A stretch of DNA of 64,000 bases, taken from positions 145,769-209,768 of the forward strand of contig CAVYRK010000007.1 of NCBI GenBank assembly GCA_963770955.1. The letters run 5' to 3'. The stretch comes from an uncultured Actinomycetota bacterium (GTDB lineage Bacteria > Actinomycetota > UBA4738). The translations under genes and the position numbers were made by a program. The notes under the pieces were generated by a model. That model was given only the letters and a program-made list of their open reading frames with translations, was not told the origin of the DNA and searched no databases. Numbering within the stretch: position 1 is the first letter of the stretch; every line of letters begins with the position of its first letter. Positions 56,264 through 64,000 of the stretch are shown piece by piece.

Positions 56264-56449
56264 TCAGGCTTCCCCTTGGGCGAGCCTCTTCCCCCGGTAG
56301 GTGGGGAACTTGAGATCCGCGTGCTGCCAGCACATGGAGCTCAGGTTGTAGATCGAGAGAGTGGTGGCGCAGTCCGGCGCCGAGCACGTCCGAGCGGGTT
56401 CCTCGGTCTGCGACGGCTGCGGCAACTTCCCCGGTCGGCTTCCCTTCAT
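56264..56449 (-). CDS. Small Cys-containing hypothetical protein (possible zinc-ribbon), upstream of bldC
   Basis: 61-aa ORF with the segment CSAPDCATT...CWQH. Called only because it fills an otherwise empty gap between bldC and rshA. Confidence 0.2.
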   Translation of the reverse strand: MKGSRPGKLPQPSQTEEPARTCSAPDCATTLSIYNLSSMCWQHADLKFPTYRGKRLAQGEA

Positions 56450-56577
56450 GACTCGATGCGGGCTCGGAGCCCTCCTCCATCAGAGCTATTCGTCCGGTGC
56501 GGGCCGATCGGTTTCGCCCGATCGTCCGGAGGATGTGGAGAATCCCTGACGGAACGGCGAGGACGCCCGGTCCGGCG

Positions 56578-56841
56578 TCAGACGACCGTGCCGCCGGGGT
56601 TGGTCTGCTCGAGCTCGATCGCTCGCCGGACCTTCCCGAGCAGGTGCTCGGGCGGCGTGTGCGCGTACTCGCACTTGGTCCGGACGATCTCCTTCAGCCG
56701 GCGCTGGAAGTCGGCCCGGTCCAGGCACGACCCGCACCCCGAGATGTGCTGGGCGAGGTGCGCCGAACGGGACGGATCGAGCTCCCCGTCGATGAAGTGC
56801 TCGATCTCGTGCAGCACGTCTTCGCAGCTAATCTCTGACAA
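56578..56841 (-). CDS. rshA: Zinc-associated anti-sigma factor (ZAS family, RshA/RsrA-like)
   Basis: 87 aa with the HxxxCxxC ZAS motif (HISGCGSC) plus upstream Cys and His residues. Overlaps the sigma-factor gene by 14 nt. Confidence 0.8.
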   Translation of the reverse strand: MSEISCEDVLHEIEHFIDGELDPSRSAHLAQHISGCGSCLDRADFQRRLKEIVRTKCEYAHTPPEHLLGKVRRAIELEQTNPGGTVV

Positions 56842-57433
56842 GACCCCGCTCCCTGACCTTGTCCCACAACGCCTTCTCGAGCGCCTTTCTTCCTCGATGC
56901 AGGCGCGACATCACCGTTCCGATCGGAACGCCCATGATCTCGGCGATCTCCTTGTAGGAGAAGCCCTCCACGTCGGCCAGCATGACCGCCTCGCGGAACT
57001 GCTCGGGGAGGTTCCCGAGCGCGTCCTGGACGTCCTCGTCGGGCAGCGATTCGATCACGGTCGCTTCGGCCGAGGGCTCGGTGCCGCCGCGGGCCATGCG
57101 CGAGTACAGGTACCAGTCCTCGATCTCGTCTTCCGAGATCGTCTGCGGCTCGCGTTGCTTCTTGCGGTAGGTGTTGATGAAGGTGTTCATGAGGATCCGG
57201 TAGAGCCACGCCTTGAGGTTCGTGCCGGGCTGGAACTGATGGAATCCCCGGTAGGCGCGCAGGTACGTCTCCTGGACCAGATCCTCGGCATCGGCCGCGT
57301 TGCGGGTGAGCCGGTACGCCGACGAGTACATCCCCTGCAGCAGGGGCATGACCTCCTGCTCGAACCGGGCGTCCAGCTCGGCCTGATCGGGTCGCGCCAT
57401 CTCCTCCGAGGCGGCCTCCGCGTTCGTGCTCAT
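56828..57433 (-). CDS. sigH: ECF (group 4) RNA polymerase sigma factor, SigH/SigR-like
   Basis: 201 aa with region 2 ([16 protein letters not shown]) and region 4 ([40 protein letters not shown]). Paired with a ZAS anti-sigma factor. Confidence 0.85.
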   Translation of the reverse strand: MSTNAEAASEEMARPDQAELDARFEQEVMPLLQGMYSSAYRLTRNAADAEDLVQETYLRAYRGFHQFQPGTNLKAWLYRILMNTFINTYRKKQREPQTISEDEIEDWYLYSRMARGGTEPSAEATVIESLPDEDVQDALGNLPEQFREAVMLADVEGFSYKEIAEIMGVPIGTVMSRLHRGRKALEKALWDKVRERGLVRD

Positions 57434-57719
57434 CGACTCAGCAACCGGCTTCCATGTGTTCGTGCATGGTACCTCGCCCGTCGCTCACCGAAGACGGCGC
57501 CCGGCTGGGGTGGAACCGCGTTCGTGCCGATAGGAACCGGACCGGCCCGCGCATGGGCTCCGGGCACGAACCATGCGCCGTCGCCGCAGGTCAAGGGCAA
57601 CATCGAACCGAACGCCTTATGGAACCGAATCAGCACACAACGATTCGGTCGCAGGGTGGGAAGATGTAGCGTGCAGTTGCGAAACAATGAGCGAGCACAA
57701 GCGGGGGACGTGAACAGAC

Positions 57720-59807
57720 ATGGCGAATGAAGGCAAGGATCGCCGCGGACGCTGGGAAGGCTTCAACCTCGGCAACAGCGGCGGCGGCAACGGCGGGCAG
57801 CCTCCGGCGCGCAGCCCGTGGCGCTTCTCGCTCGTCTACGTCCTGATCGCGCTCGCCATCCTCCTGCTGGTGGCCAATCCATTCGGCCGCCAGACGCGCA
57901 AGGTCTCCATCAACGAGTTCTACGGCCAGATCCGCCAGGGGACCGTCAAGGAAGTCAACATGTCGCCCACGTCCATCGGATGGACGACGACCAACGGCGA
58001 CCACTTCTCCACCGCGCTGCCGCCGCAGTTCCAGACCAACGACCTGCTCGACCAGCTCCGCCAGGAGGGCGTGCCGGTCTTCACGGAGGGCCAGAGCATC
58101 TGGCCGACCGTGGTGTCCTACGTCATCTGGTTCGGCCTGCTCATCGGCGTGTACCTGTTCATCATCCGGCGGATGGCGGGCGGTGGCGCCGTCAACGCCC
58201 TCAACCTCGGCAAGAACCGGGTGAAGATCTACGACCGCAAGGAGATGAAGACCACGTTCAGCGACGTGGCCGGCGTCGAGGAAGCGGTCGAGGAGCTCCG
58301 CGAGGTCGTCGACTTCCTGAAGAACCCGAAGAAGTACCAACGCCTGGGCGGCCGCATTCCGAAGGGCGTGCTGCTGCTCGGTCCACCGGGATGCGGCAAG
58401 ACGCTCCTGGCGCGCGCGGTGGCCGGCGAGGCCGCCGTGCCGTTCTTCTTCATGTCGGGCTCGGAGTTCGTGGAGATGTTCGTCGGCCTGGGCGCGGCGC
58501 GCGTGCGCGAGCTGTTCAGCCAGGCGAAGGAGAAGGCGCCCTGCCTGGTGTTCCTGGACGAGCTCGACACCATCGGCAAGTCGCGCGCGGGCGCGCTCGG
58601 CGGCTCGCTCGGCTCGCACGACGAGCGCGAGCAGACGCTGAACCAATTGCTGGTGGAGATGGACGGGTTCGACTCGTCCAAGGGCGTGATCATCATGGCG
58701 GCCACCAACCGGTCGGACGTGCTCGACCCGGCGCTGACGCGGCCGGGCCGGTTCGACCGCCAGGTGGTCGTCGACCCGCCCGACCTCAACGGCCGCCAGG
58801 AGATCCTCAAGGTGCACACGCGCGGCGTGGCGATGGACCCGACCGTGAACCTCCGCACGCTGGCCGCGCGGACGCCGGGGTTCACCGGCGCCGACCTCGC
58901 CAACGTGGTCAACGAGGCCGCCCTGCTGGCGGCCCGGCGGGAGAAGAACTCCGTCGAGATGGCCGAGCTCGAGGAGGCCATCGACCGGACCGTGGCCGGG
59001 CTCGAGCGCAAGAGCCGCGTCCTGTCGCCGAAGGAGAAGCGCCGTGTTGCCGTCCACGAGATGGGGCACGCGCTGGCCGCACTGCGCTGCAAGAACATCG
59101 ACCCCGTGCACCGCGTGTCCATCGTTCCCCGCGGCGCCGCCGCGCTGGGCATGACCATGGTCCGCCCGCTCGAGGACCGCCACATCATGACCAAGGACGA
59201 GCTGGAGGATCGCATGACGTTCGCGCTCGGCGGCAGGTCTGCCGAGGAGATCGTCTTCGGGGACCTGTCCACCGGCGCGGCCGACGACCTGCACCGCGCC
59301 ACCGACATCGCCCGCGCGATGATCGTCGACTACGGGATGAGCGCGAAGCTCGGCCCGGTCGCGTTCGGCGAGAACGGGCGGGCCGAGCGCATGATGTTGT
59401 TCCCGGGCCAGGGCCCGCAACTGGCCGCCGGGACCGCGCAGACCATCGACGAGGAGATCCGCGAGCTGGTCGACAAGGCGCGCGACAGATCGATGGCGAC
59501 GCTGGAGGACGACCGCGACCTGCTCGACCGCCTCTCCGAGGTGCTGATCGCCCGCGAGGTCATCGACGGCGACGAGCTCCGCCGCTGGGTGGACGGCGAG
59601 CAGCTGATCCCGACCATCGATGAGCTCGAACAGGAGCTCGAGGAGCGCCGCACCGCCAACGGCCAAGAGGCAACCCCCCCGCGGCCCGAGATCGTGGCGG
59701 CCGAGCAGGCGCCGACCGAGCCGCTGCCCGCCAACGGCGACGATCCGTCGGCGGAGCGCGAGCGGGTCACGCCGGCGGGCGACTCGACCCCGCCGAGGCC
59801 CGACTAG
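57720..59807 (+). CDS. ftsH: ATP-dependent zinc metalloprotease FtsH
   Basis: 695 aa with two N-terminal TM helices, an AAA+ module ([18 protein letters not shown]; [10 protein letters not shown]) and the zinc motif HEMGHAL. Confidence 0.95.
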   Translation: MANEGKDRRGRWEGFNLGNSGGGNGGQPPARSPWRFSLVYVLIALAILLLVANPFGRQTRKVSINEFYGQIRQGTVKEVNMSPTSIGWTTTNGDHFSTALPPQFQTNDLLDQLRQEGVPVFTEGQSIWPTVVSYVIWFGLLIGVYLFIIRRMAGGGAVNALNLGKNRVKIYDRKEMKTTFSDVAGVEEAVEELREVVDFLKNPKKYQRLGGRIPKGVLLLGPPGCGKTLLARAVAGEAAVPFFFMSGSEFVEMFVGLGAARVRELFSQAKEKAPCLVFLDELDTIGKSRAGALGGSLGSHDEREQTLNQLLVEMDGFDSSKGVIIMAATNRSDVLDPALTRPGRFDRQVVVDPPDLNGRQEILKVHTRGVAMDPTVNLRTLAARTPGFTGADLANVVNEAALLAARREKNSVEMAELEEAIDRTVAGLERKSRVLSPKEKRRVAVHEMGHALAALRCKNIDPVHRVSIVPRGAAALGMTMVRPLEDRHIMTKDELEDRMTFALGGRSAEEIVFGDLSTGAADDLHRATDIARAMIVDYGMSAKLGPVAFGENGRAERMMLFPGQGPQLAAGTAQTIDEEIRELVDKARDRSMATLEDDRDLLDRLSEVLIAREVIDGDELRRWVDGEQLIPTIDELEQELEERRTANGQEATPPRPEIVAAEQAPTEPLPANGDDPSAERERVTPAGDSTPPRPD

Positions 59808-60721
59808 CTCGTCTCGCGTTCGCCGCCGGCCACCGTCAGGTCGTGGCGGCCGCGCCAGCGGTCGAGGAACCGGTAGAAGTTCCGCTTCGACAGCCGTTCC
59901 CGGTCGGCCTCGGACGTGGAGGACCACATGCGGTGCACGTGCCGCGTCACCGGGACGTCCGTGACGACCGCGCGGAGCCCCCGCTCTTTGATCTGGAACG
60001 ACAGCTCGATGTCGGCGGTCCGGTAGAACTTGAACCCGCGGTCGAAGCGCAGGCCGTCCGCGACCTCGCTTCGGCGAACCGCCAGGAGGTACGCCTCGAT
60101 CGCGTCGACGTCCGGTCCGGCCGACTCCCGGAACTCGCGCAGGTCGTCGGTGACGATGCCGAACGGACCGGTGACGCCGACGGTGGCATCGCGGAGCGAC
60201 TCGGCGAGCGGACCGATCGCGTCGCCGGTCGCCTCCACCGAGCCGTCCACGATCAGCACGACCTCGCCGAGCGAGCGCACCAGACCGGCGTTGCGCGCGT
60301 CTCCCCAGCCGGTCCCGGGAACCAGCGGCACGACGTCGCACCCCCCCGGCCACGCACGGTCCACGCCGGTCACGTCGACGACCACGTGCTGCACCGACCG
60401 CGCGCCCCGATGCCTCTCGAACGATTCGATCCCGCGCTCCACGTCCTCGGACCAGCCTTGGACCAGCCAGTGCGCGGTCGCATCGAACTCCGCCGGGCGC
60501 TCCAGCAGGGACGTGACGTCGGCCGGACGCAGCCGCGCCGCGGGCCCCGGCGCGGGCGCCTCCGCCGGACCGAGCTGTGGCCCCTCCGGCGTGTCGGTGA
60601 CGGCGTACCCGGCGTCGAGGATCCGGTCGCGCAGCGCGTCGGCGGCGGCGAAGTCCCGGCGCGTTCGCGCCTCCTCCCGCTCGGCCGCGAGGCGGCGCAC
60701 CTCGTCCGGGATGCCGCTCAC
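59804..60721 (-). CDS. Family-2 glycosyltransferase with an N-terminal CysRS-C-terminal-like (RDFAAADALRDRL) helical domain
   Basis: From (V)SGIPDEVRRLAAEREEARTRRDFAAADALRDRILDAGYAVTDTPEGPQ. Followed by a GT-A-like region (VVVDVTG...LIVDGS...). The GTG start overlaps the upstream stop (GTGA). Confidence 0.6.
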   Translation of the reverse strand: MSGIPDEVRRLAAEREEARTRRDFAAADALRDRILDAGYAVTDTPEGPQLGPAEAPAPGPAARLRPADVTSLLERPAEFDATAHWLVQGWSEDVERGIESFERHRGARSVQHVVVDVTGVDRAWPGGCDVVPLVPGTGWGDARNAGLVRSLGEVVLIVDGSVEATGDAIGPLAESLRDATVGVTGPFGIVTDDLREFRESAGPDVDAIEAYLLAVRRSEVADGLRFDRGFKFYRTADIELSFQIKERGLRAVVTDVPVTRHVHRMWSSTSEADRERLSKRNFYRFLDRWRGRHDLTVAGGERETS

Positions 60722-61488
60722 ACGCGGGCCTCGACGTCTTCGAGGAACGTGAGCACGGCGCCGTCCGCCGCCTCGGCTTGCTCCGAGTGGTAGAGATGCC
60801 CCGCGCTCTCCAGCAGGGCGAGCCGCGCCCCCGGGACGAGCGCAGCCATCCGGCGCGCGTTCTCCACCGGAACCAGCCGGTCCTCCGTCCCGTGCAGAAT
60901 CAGTGTGGGACAGGCGATGTCGCCGATGCGGTCCCAGGCGTCCCATTCCTGCATCGCCTCCCACTGCCGGCGACGGGCGAGCGGTTGCTGCGGCGTCGCG
61001 GACCCGACGCGCAGGTCCTCGGCGACGTGCTCCGGATGCTCCCGGGCGAAGCGCTCGGAGTACAGGAGCTCGTACGGCCGGCTCTTCGCGGCGCGCGCCG
61101 CCGAATGGGCCGCGCGCCGCGGCCCCGCGTTCGTGCAGGCGAGCACGAGCGACCGGACGCGGCCGGGGTGCGTCAGCGCCGCCTCCATGGCCACCATGCC
61201 ACCGAACGACTGGCCGTAGAGGTGCCCCCGGTCGGCGCCGATCTCGTCGAGCATCGCCACCGCGTCCTCCACGAAGGCCCCCATCGTCACGGCCTCGTCC
61301 GGCATCGACGAGCGCCCGTTGCCGCGGTGGTCGTACGCGACGACCCGGTGTCGCGCGGCCAGCGTGGGGACGTTGCGGCGCCATCCCGGGATGTCGCCGC
61401 CCATCCCCTCCAGCAGCAGCAGGAGCGGGCCGTCTCCGTGCGACTCGTAATACAGGCGCACGCCGTCGGGTAGGTCGACGAAGGGCAC
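60718..61488 (-). CDS. Alpha/beta-fold hydrolase
   Basis: 256 aa with the nucleophile elbow GQSFGG and an HGxxD motif (ILHGTEDRLVP). Confidence 0.75.
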   Translation of the reverse strand: MPFVDLPDGVRLYYESHGDGPLLLLLEGMGGDIPGWRRNVPTLAARHRVVAYDHRGNGRSSMPDEAVTMGAFVEDAVAMLDEIGADRGHLYGQSFGGMVAMEAALTHPGRVRSLVLACTNAGPRRAAHSAARAAKSRPYELLYSERFAREHPEHVAEDLRVGSATPQQPLARRRQWEAMQEWDAWDRIGDIACPTLILHGTEDRLVPVENARRMAALVPGARLALLESAGHLYHSEQAEAADGAVLTFLEDVEARV

Positions 61489-61498
61489 GCGCCCGAGC

Positions 61499-62500
61499 CT
61501 ACGACGGCGCGAGCGATTCGATGATCGAGCGCTGATTCGCCTCGATCCGATCGGGAGACGGCCCGATCCAGGCTCCCCCGAGGATCACGCGGTCGGCCGC
61601 GCCGCCGTAGGCGGCGAGCTTCTCCCGGCACTCCTCCGCGGTGCCGGCAACGGCGAGCACCTTGGCCATCGGACGGGCCAGCCGGGCCATCTCGGCGTGA
61701 TCGCCCTGCACGAACGCCCGGCGAATGGGCTCCTGCAGGTCCGCGAAGCCGTGCGCCTCCAGGACGGGCAGGTACGTCCGCGTCGTCGCGTAGAAGGCCA
61801 CCTGCGCCGCCGCCTCCCGCAACGCCTCGTCCCGATCCGGAGACAGCTGCACGATGAGGCTCGTGGTGACCTCGACGTCGGCGGGGTTGCGGCCTGCATC
61901 GCGCGCGCCGCGCTCGGCGGCCGGGCGCAGCACGTCGCGGACCCAACCGGGACTGGTCATCGGATGTCCGATGACGCCGTCCGCCGCGCGGGCGGCCGAC
62001 TCGACCATCCGCTCGTTCACGGCGGCCACGTGGATCGGGATCGGACCCGGGGCTGGCCCCGCTCCCGGGAACGGCGCCATGGAGAGCGAGTAGAAGCGGC
62101 CACGGTGATCGACCGCGCCGGTGGCGAATCCATCGAGAACAGCGCGGACGGCGCGCACGTATTCCTCCATCTTCGGGGCGGGGTGCTCGAACGGCACCGA
62201 GAAACGCTGCTCGTTGACGCGCTTCACCTGCGAGCCGAGCCCCAGGATGAACCGGCCGCCGGAGAGCTCCGCCAGGTCCCGAGCCGCCATGGCCGTGACG
62301 GCCGGCGACCGGGGAAACGCGAGGGCGATACCCGTTCCGATGGTGACGCGTTGCGTCGCCGTGGCGGCCACCGCCGCCTGGACGAATCCCGTGCGGGCCG
62401 TCTCGGCGCACCAGACGCTCTCGAACCCGGCGTCCTCGGCGCGACGGGCAAGCGCCCCCAGCTCCCGCAGGTCTCCGCCGAGAGCGACGCCGAGCCGCAC
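61499..62500 (-). CDS. Luciferase-like monooxygenase (LLM) class, F420-dependent oxidoreductase family
   Basis: 333 aa with a TIM-barrel LLM signature (MRLGVALGGDLRELGALARRAEDAGFESVWCAE...). Confidence 0.75.
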   Translation of the reverse strand: MRLGVALGGDLRELGALARRAEDAGFESVWCAETARTGFVQAAVAATATQRVTIGTGIALAFPRSPAVTAMAARDLAELSGGRFILGLGSQVKRVNEQRFSVPFEHPAPKMEEYVRAVRAVLDGFATGAVDHRGRFYSLSMAPFPGAGPAPGPIPIHVAAVNERMVESAARAADGVIGHPMTSPGWVRDVLRPAAERGARDAGRNPADVEVTTSLIVQLSPDRDEALREAAAQVAFYATTRTYLPVLEAHGFADLQEPIRRAFVQGDHAEMARLARPMAKVLAVAGTAEECREKLAAYGGAADRVILGGAWIGPSPDRIEANQRSIIESLAPS

Positions 62501-62515
62501 GCCAGCCGTGCGCCT

Positions 62516-62941
62516 CTAGTCGGTCGGCTCGGGCTTCGTCGCGTTGCGCAGCCGGGTCGCCAGGGCGACGAGCATCTTCTGCGAGATCGACGGGTACTGC
62601 TCGAGCACCCCGCGGAAGACCCAGGCGGTCAGGCCGAGCATCGAGACGTCGGTGTTGGCCACCACGTCCGCCGACCGCGGGCCGCCGTCCAGCAGCGATA
62701 TCTCGCCGAAGAAGTCGCCCGGCCCAAGCGTGCCACGCTTACGGCCGTTCACCAGGACGTCGGCCGTCCCGTCCACCAGGAGGAAGAACCCGACCCCGGG
62801 CTCGCCAGTGCGGGCGAGCACGGATCCCTCGCGACGCTGGACCTCCTTCGCCGCCCGCGCGATCGCGGCGATCTCCCGCTGGGAGCATCCCGAGAACAGC
62901 GGGACGCGGGAGAGCAGCTCCGTGATTTCGGCCTTCGTCAC
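62516..62941 (-). CDS. Cyclic-nucleotide-binding domain protein
   Basis: The cNMP-binding signature GDFFGEISLL and the preceding beta-roll are present. Starts at GTG/TTG (…VTKAEITELLSRVPLFSG). Confidence 0.6.
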   Translation of the reverse strand: MTKAEITELLSRVPLFSGCSQREIAAIARAAKEVQRREGSVLARTGEPGVGFFLLVDGTADVLVNGRKRGTLGPGDFFGEISLLDGGPRSADVVANTDVSMLGLTAWVFRGVLEQYPSISQKMLVALATRLRNATKPEPTD

Positions 62942-63250
62942 CAGACCCCTCCTTGGACTCCCCTCGGCCTCCGGTCGCCGGATTCTATGCGATCCGGCCT
63001 CGGATGCAGAATGCGCCCCCGCGCGGTGCCCGTCGCCGCCAGACGAAGGACCCTGGGGACCAGGGGCGATGGGCACCAGGGTAACCTCGACACCGCTCGC
63101 ACACTGGCTTCATCGATCAAAGGACCTGTGCTTGCCGAAACCGCGGAACTGGACGTTCGGGGCGGAGGGCGTCACGATATTCTTCGGCATGCGCGAACGG
63201 GCGAACGACGGAATCACCCCGTCCTCGAGCCCCGGGGACGTCCCACGGCC

Positions 63251-64000
63251 GTGACCGCGCGCCCGCCGGCGCCGCTGGAATCCGCCCCTCCCGCACTCGA
63301 CCACGTCGGTGCGCTCGACGGTATGCGAGGGCTCGCCGTGGTGCTGGTCTTCCTCTTCCACCTCGGGGTTCCCGGCTTCGCGGCCGGGTTCCTGGGCGTG
63401 GACGTCTTCTTCGTCCTGTCCGGGTTCCTCATCACCAGCCTGTTGCTGGCCGAGATGCGTGCGACCGGACGGGTCTCCGTGACTCGCTTCTGGGCCCGCA
63501 GGGTCCGGCGCCTGATGCCGGCCCTGGCCGTGCTGTTGCTGGTGGTCGCCGCGGTCACGGCGCGAACGGCGACGTTCAGCGAACGATCCTCCATGCGTGG
63601 CGACATGCTGGCCACCACCACCTACGTGGCCAACTGGCATCTCATCCAGACCAGCAGCTACTTCGCGAACAACGGTGATCCCAATCCGCTCCAGCACACC
63701 TGGTCCCTGGCCATCGAAGAGCAGTTCTACCTGCTGTGGCCGCTGCTGCTGTTGCTGGCCGTCTGGCTCCTCAAGCGGCCGCGCGCCGTCGTGGGAACGC
63801 TCGCGGTTGCCGGCGCAGTGGCGTCGGCCGTGGCGCTCGGGTGGCTCTTCTCCCGGGCCGGGGTGGACCGGGCCTACATGGGAACGGACGCCCGGATCTT
63901 CGAACCCCTGATCGGGGCGCTCGGCGCCGTCCTCCTGGCCGGGCCGAGAGGCCGGCGGCTCGCGGGACGGTTCGGCTCCCTCCCGATGCTGGTGGGTGCC
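63251..64000 (+). CDS. Acyltransferase family 3 (OafA/YrhL-like membrane O-acyltransferase), 5' portion; runs off the window end
   Basis: My own translation from GTG at 63251 gives LDGMRGLAVVLVFLFHLG...VDVFFVLSGFLITSLL...WSLAIEEQFYLLWPLL with no stop up to 64000. These are the canonical AT3 motifs. Confidence 0.7.
   Translation, partial: MTARPPAPLESAPPALDHVGALDGMRGLAVVLVFLFHLGVPGFAAGFLGVDVFFVLSGFLITSLLLAEMRATGRVSVTRFWARRVRRLMPALAVLLLVVAAVTARTATFSERSSMRGDMLATTTYVANWHLIQTSSYFANNGDPNPLQHTWSLAIEEQFYLLWPLLLLLAVWLLKRPRAVVGTLAVAGAVASAVALGWLFSRAGVDRAYMGTDARIFEPLIGALGAVLLAGPRGRRLAGRFGSLPMLVGA

Noticed and set aside
1-64000. Mobile elements, CRISPR arrays, rRNA genes
   Set aside because: No transposase, integrase or recombinase-like ORFs. 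No regularly spaced direct repeats. No rRNA-like conserved stretches; GC content is uniformly high throughout

Overview
This 64 kb window is very GC-rich (about 72% GC, my estimate) and looks actinobacterial, possibly Thermoleophilia/Rubrobacteria-like; the lineage is an inference from gene content such as F420-dependent enzymes, WhiB, BldC, SigH/RshA and DosRS. Coding density is high and most genes lie on the minus strand. Four blocks stand out. (1) A dormancy/hypoxia-type island (bases 139-31734): a DosS-like two-GAF histidine kinase plus a DosR-like LuxR-family regulator, four CBS-pair proteins (two with BON domains), two CtpF-like P-type ATPases, a phosphoribosyltransferase, and an ApbE/ferric-reductase module. 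Between the two ATPases sits a complete group 3b (Hyd3-type) four-subunit NiFe hydrogenase with its maturation protease and hypF-hypC-hypD-hypE, all co-directional with the hydrogenase. (2) A compact sulfur-handling cluster (31745-34807) in which sulfide:quinone oxidoreductase is flanked on each side by a TusA-DsrE pair, next to an OsmC-like peroxidase. (3) A catabolic block (38208-46304): a gabT-type aminotransferase, glcDEF, RidA, a cyclase and a DSD1-like PLP enzyme. (4) Regulators and housekeeping genes (47755-64000): whiB, nth, trpS, bldC, sigH-rshA and ftsH. I found no rRNA or tRNA genes, no CRISPR array and no transposase/integrase. At least about 15 genes need a +1 or -1 frame change to read through. 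Nearly all of these sit at short G/C runs, and one is a 7-bp tandem duplication inside the hydrogenase large subunit. I read this mainly as consensus-level indel error in the assembly, but real pseudogenisation cannot be excluded without reads. The most novel candidates are the TusA-DsrE / SQR / TusA-DsrE module, the tandem AlaDH/PNT-family paralogues next to the CBS-BON gene, the PatA-like GNAT-ACS fusion operon, and a recurring GTCCC-N9-GGGAC(C) palindrome in several promoters of the island.
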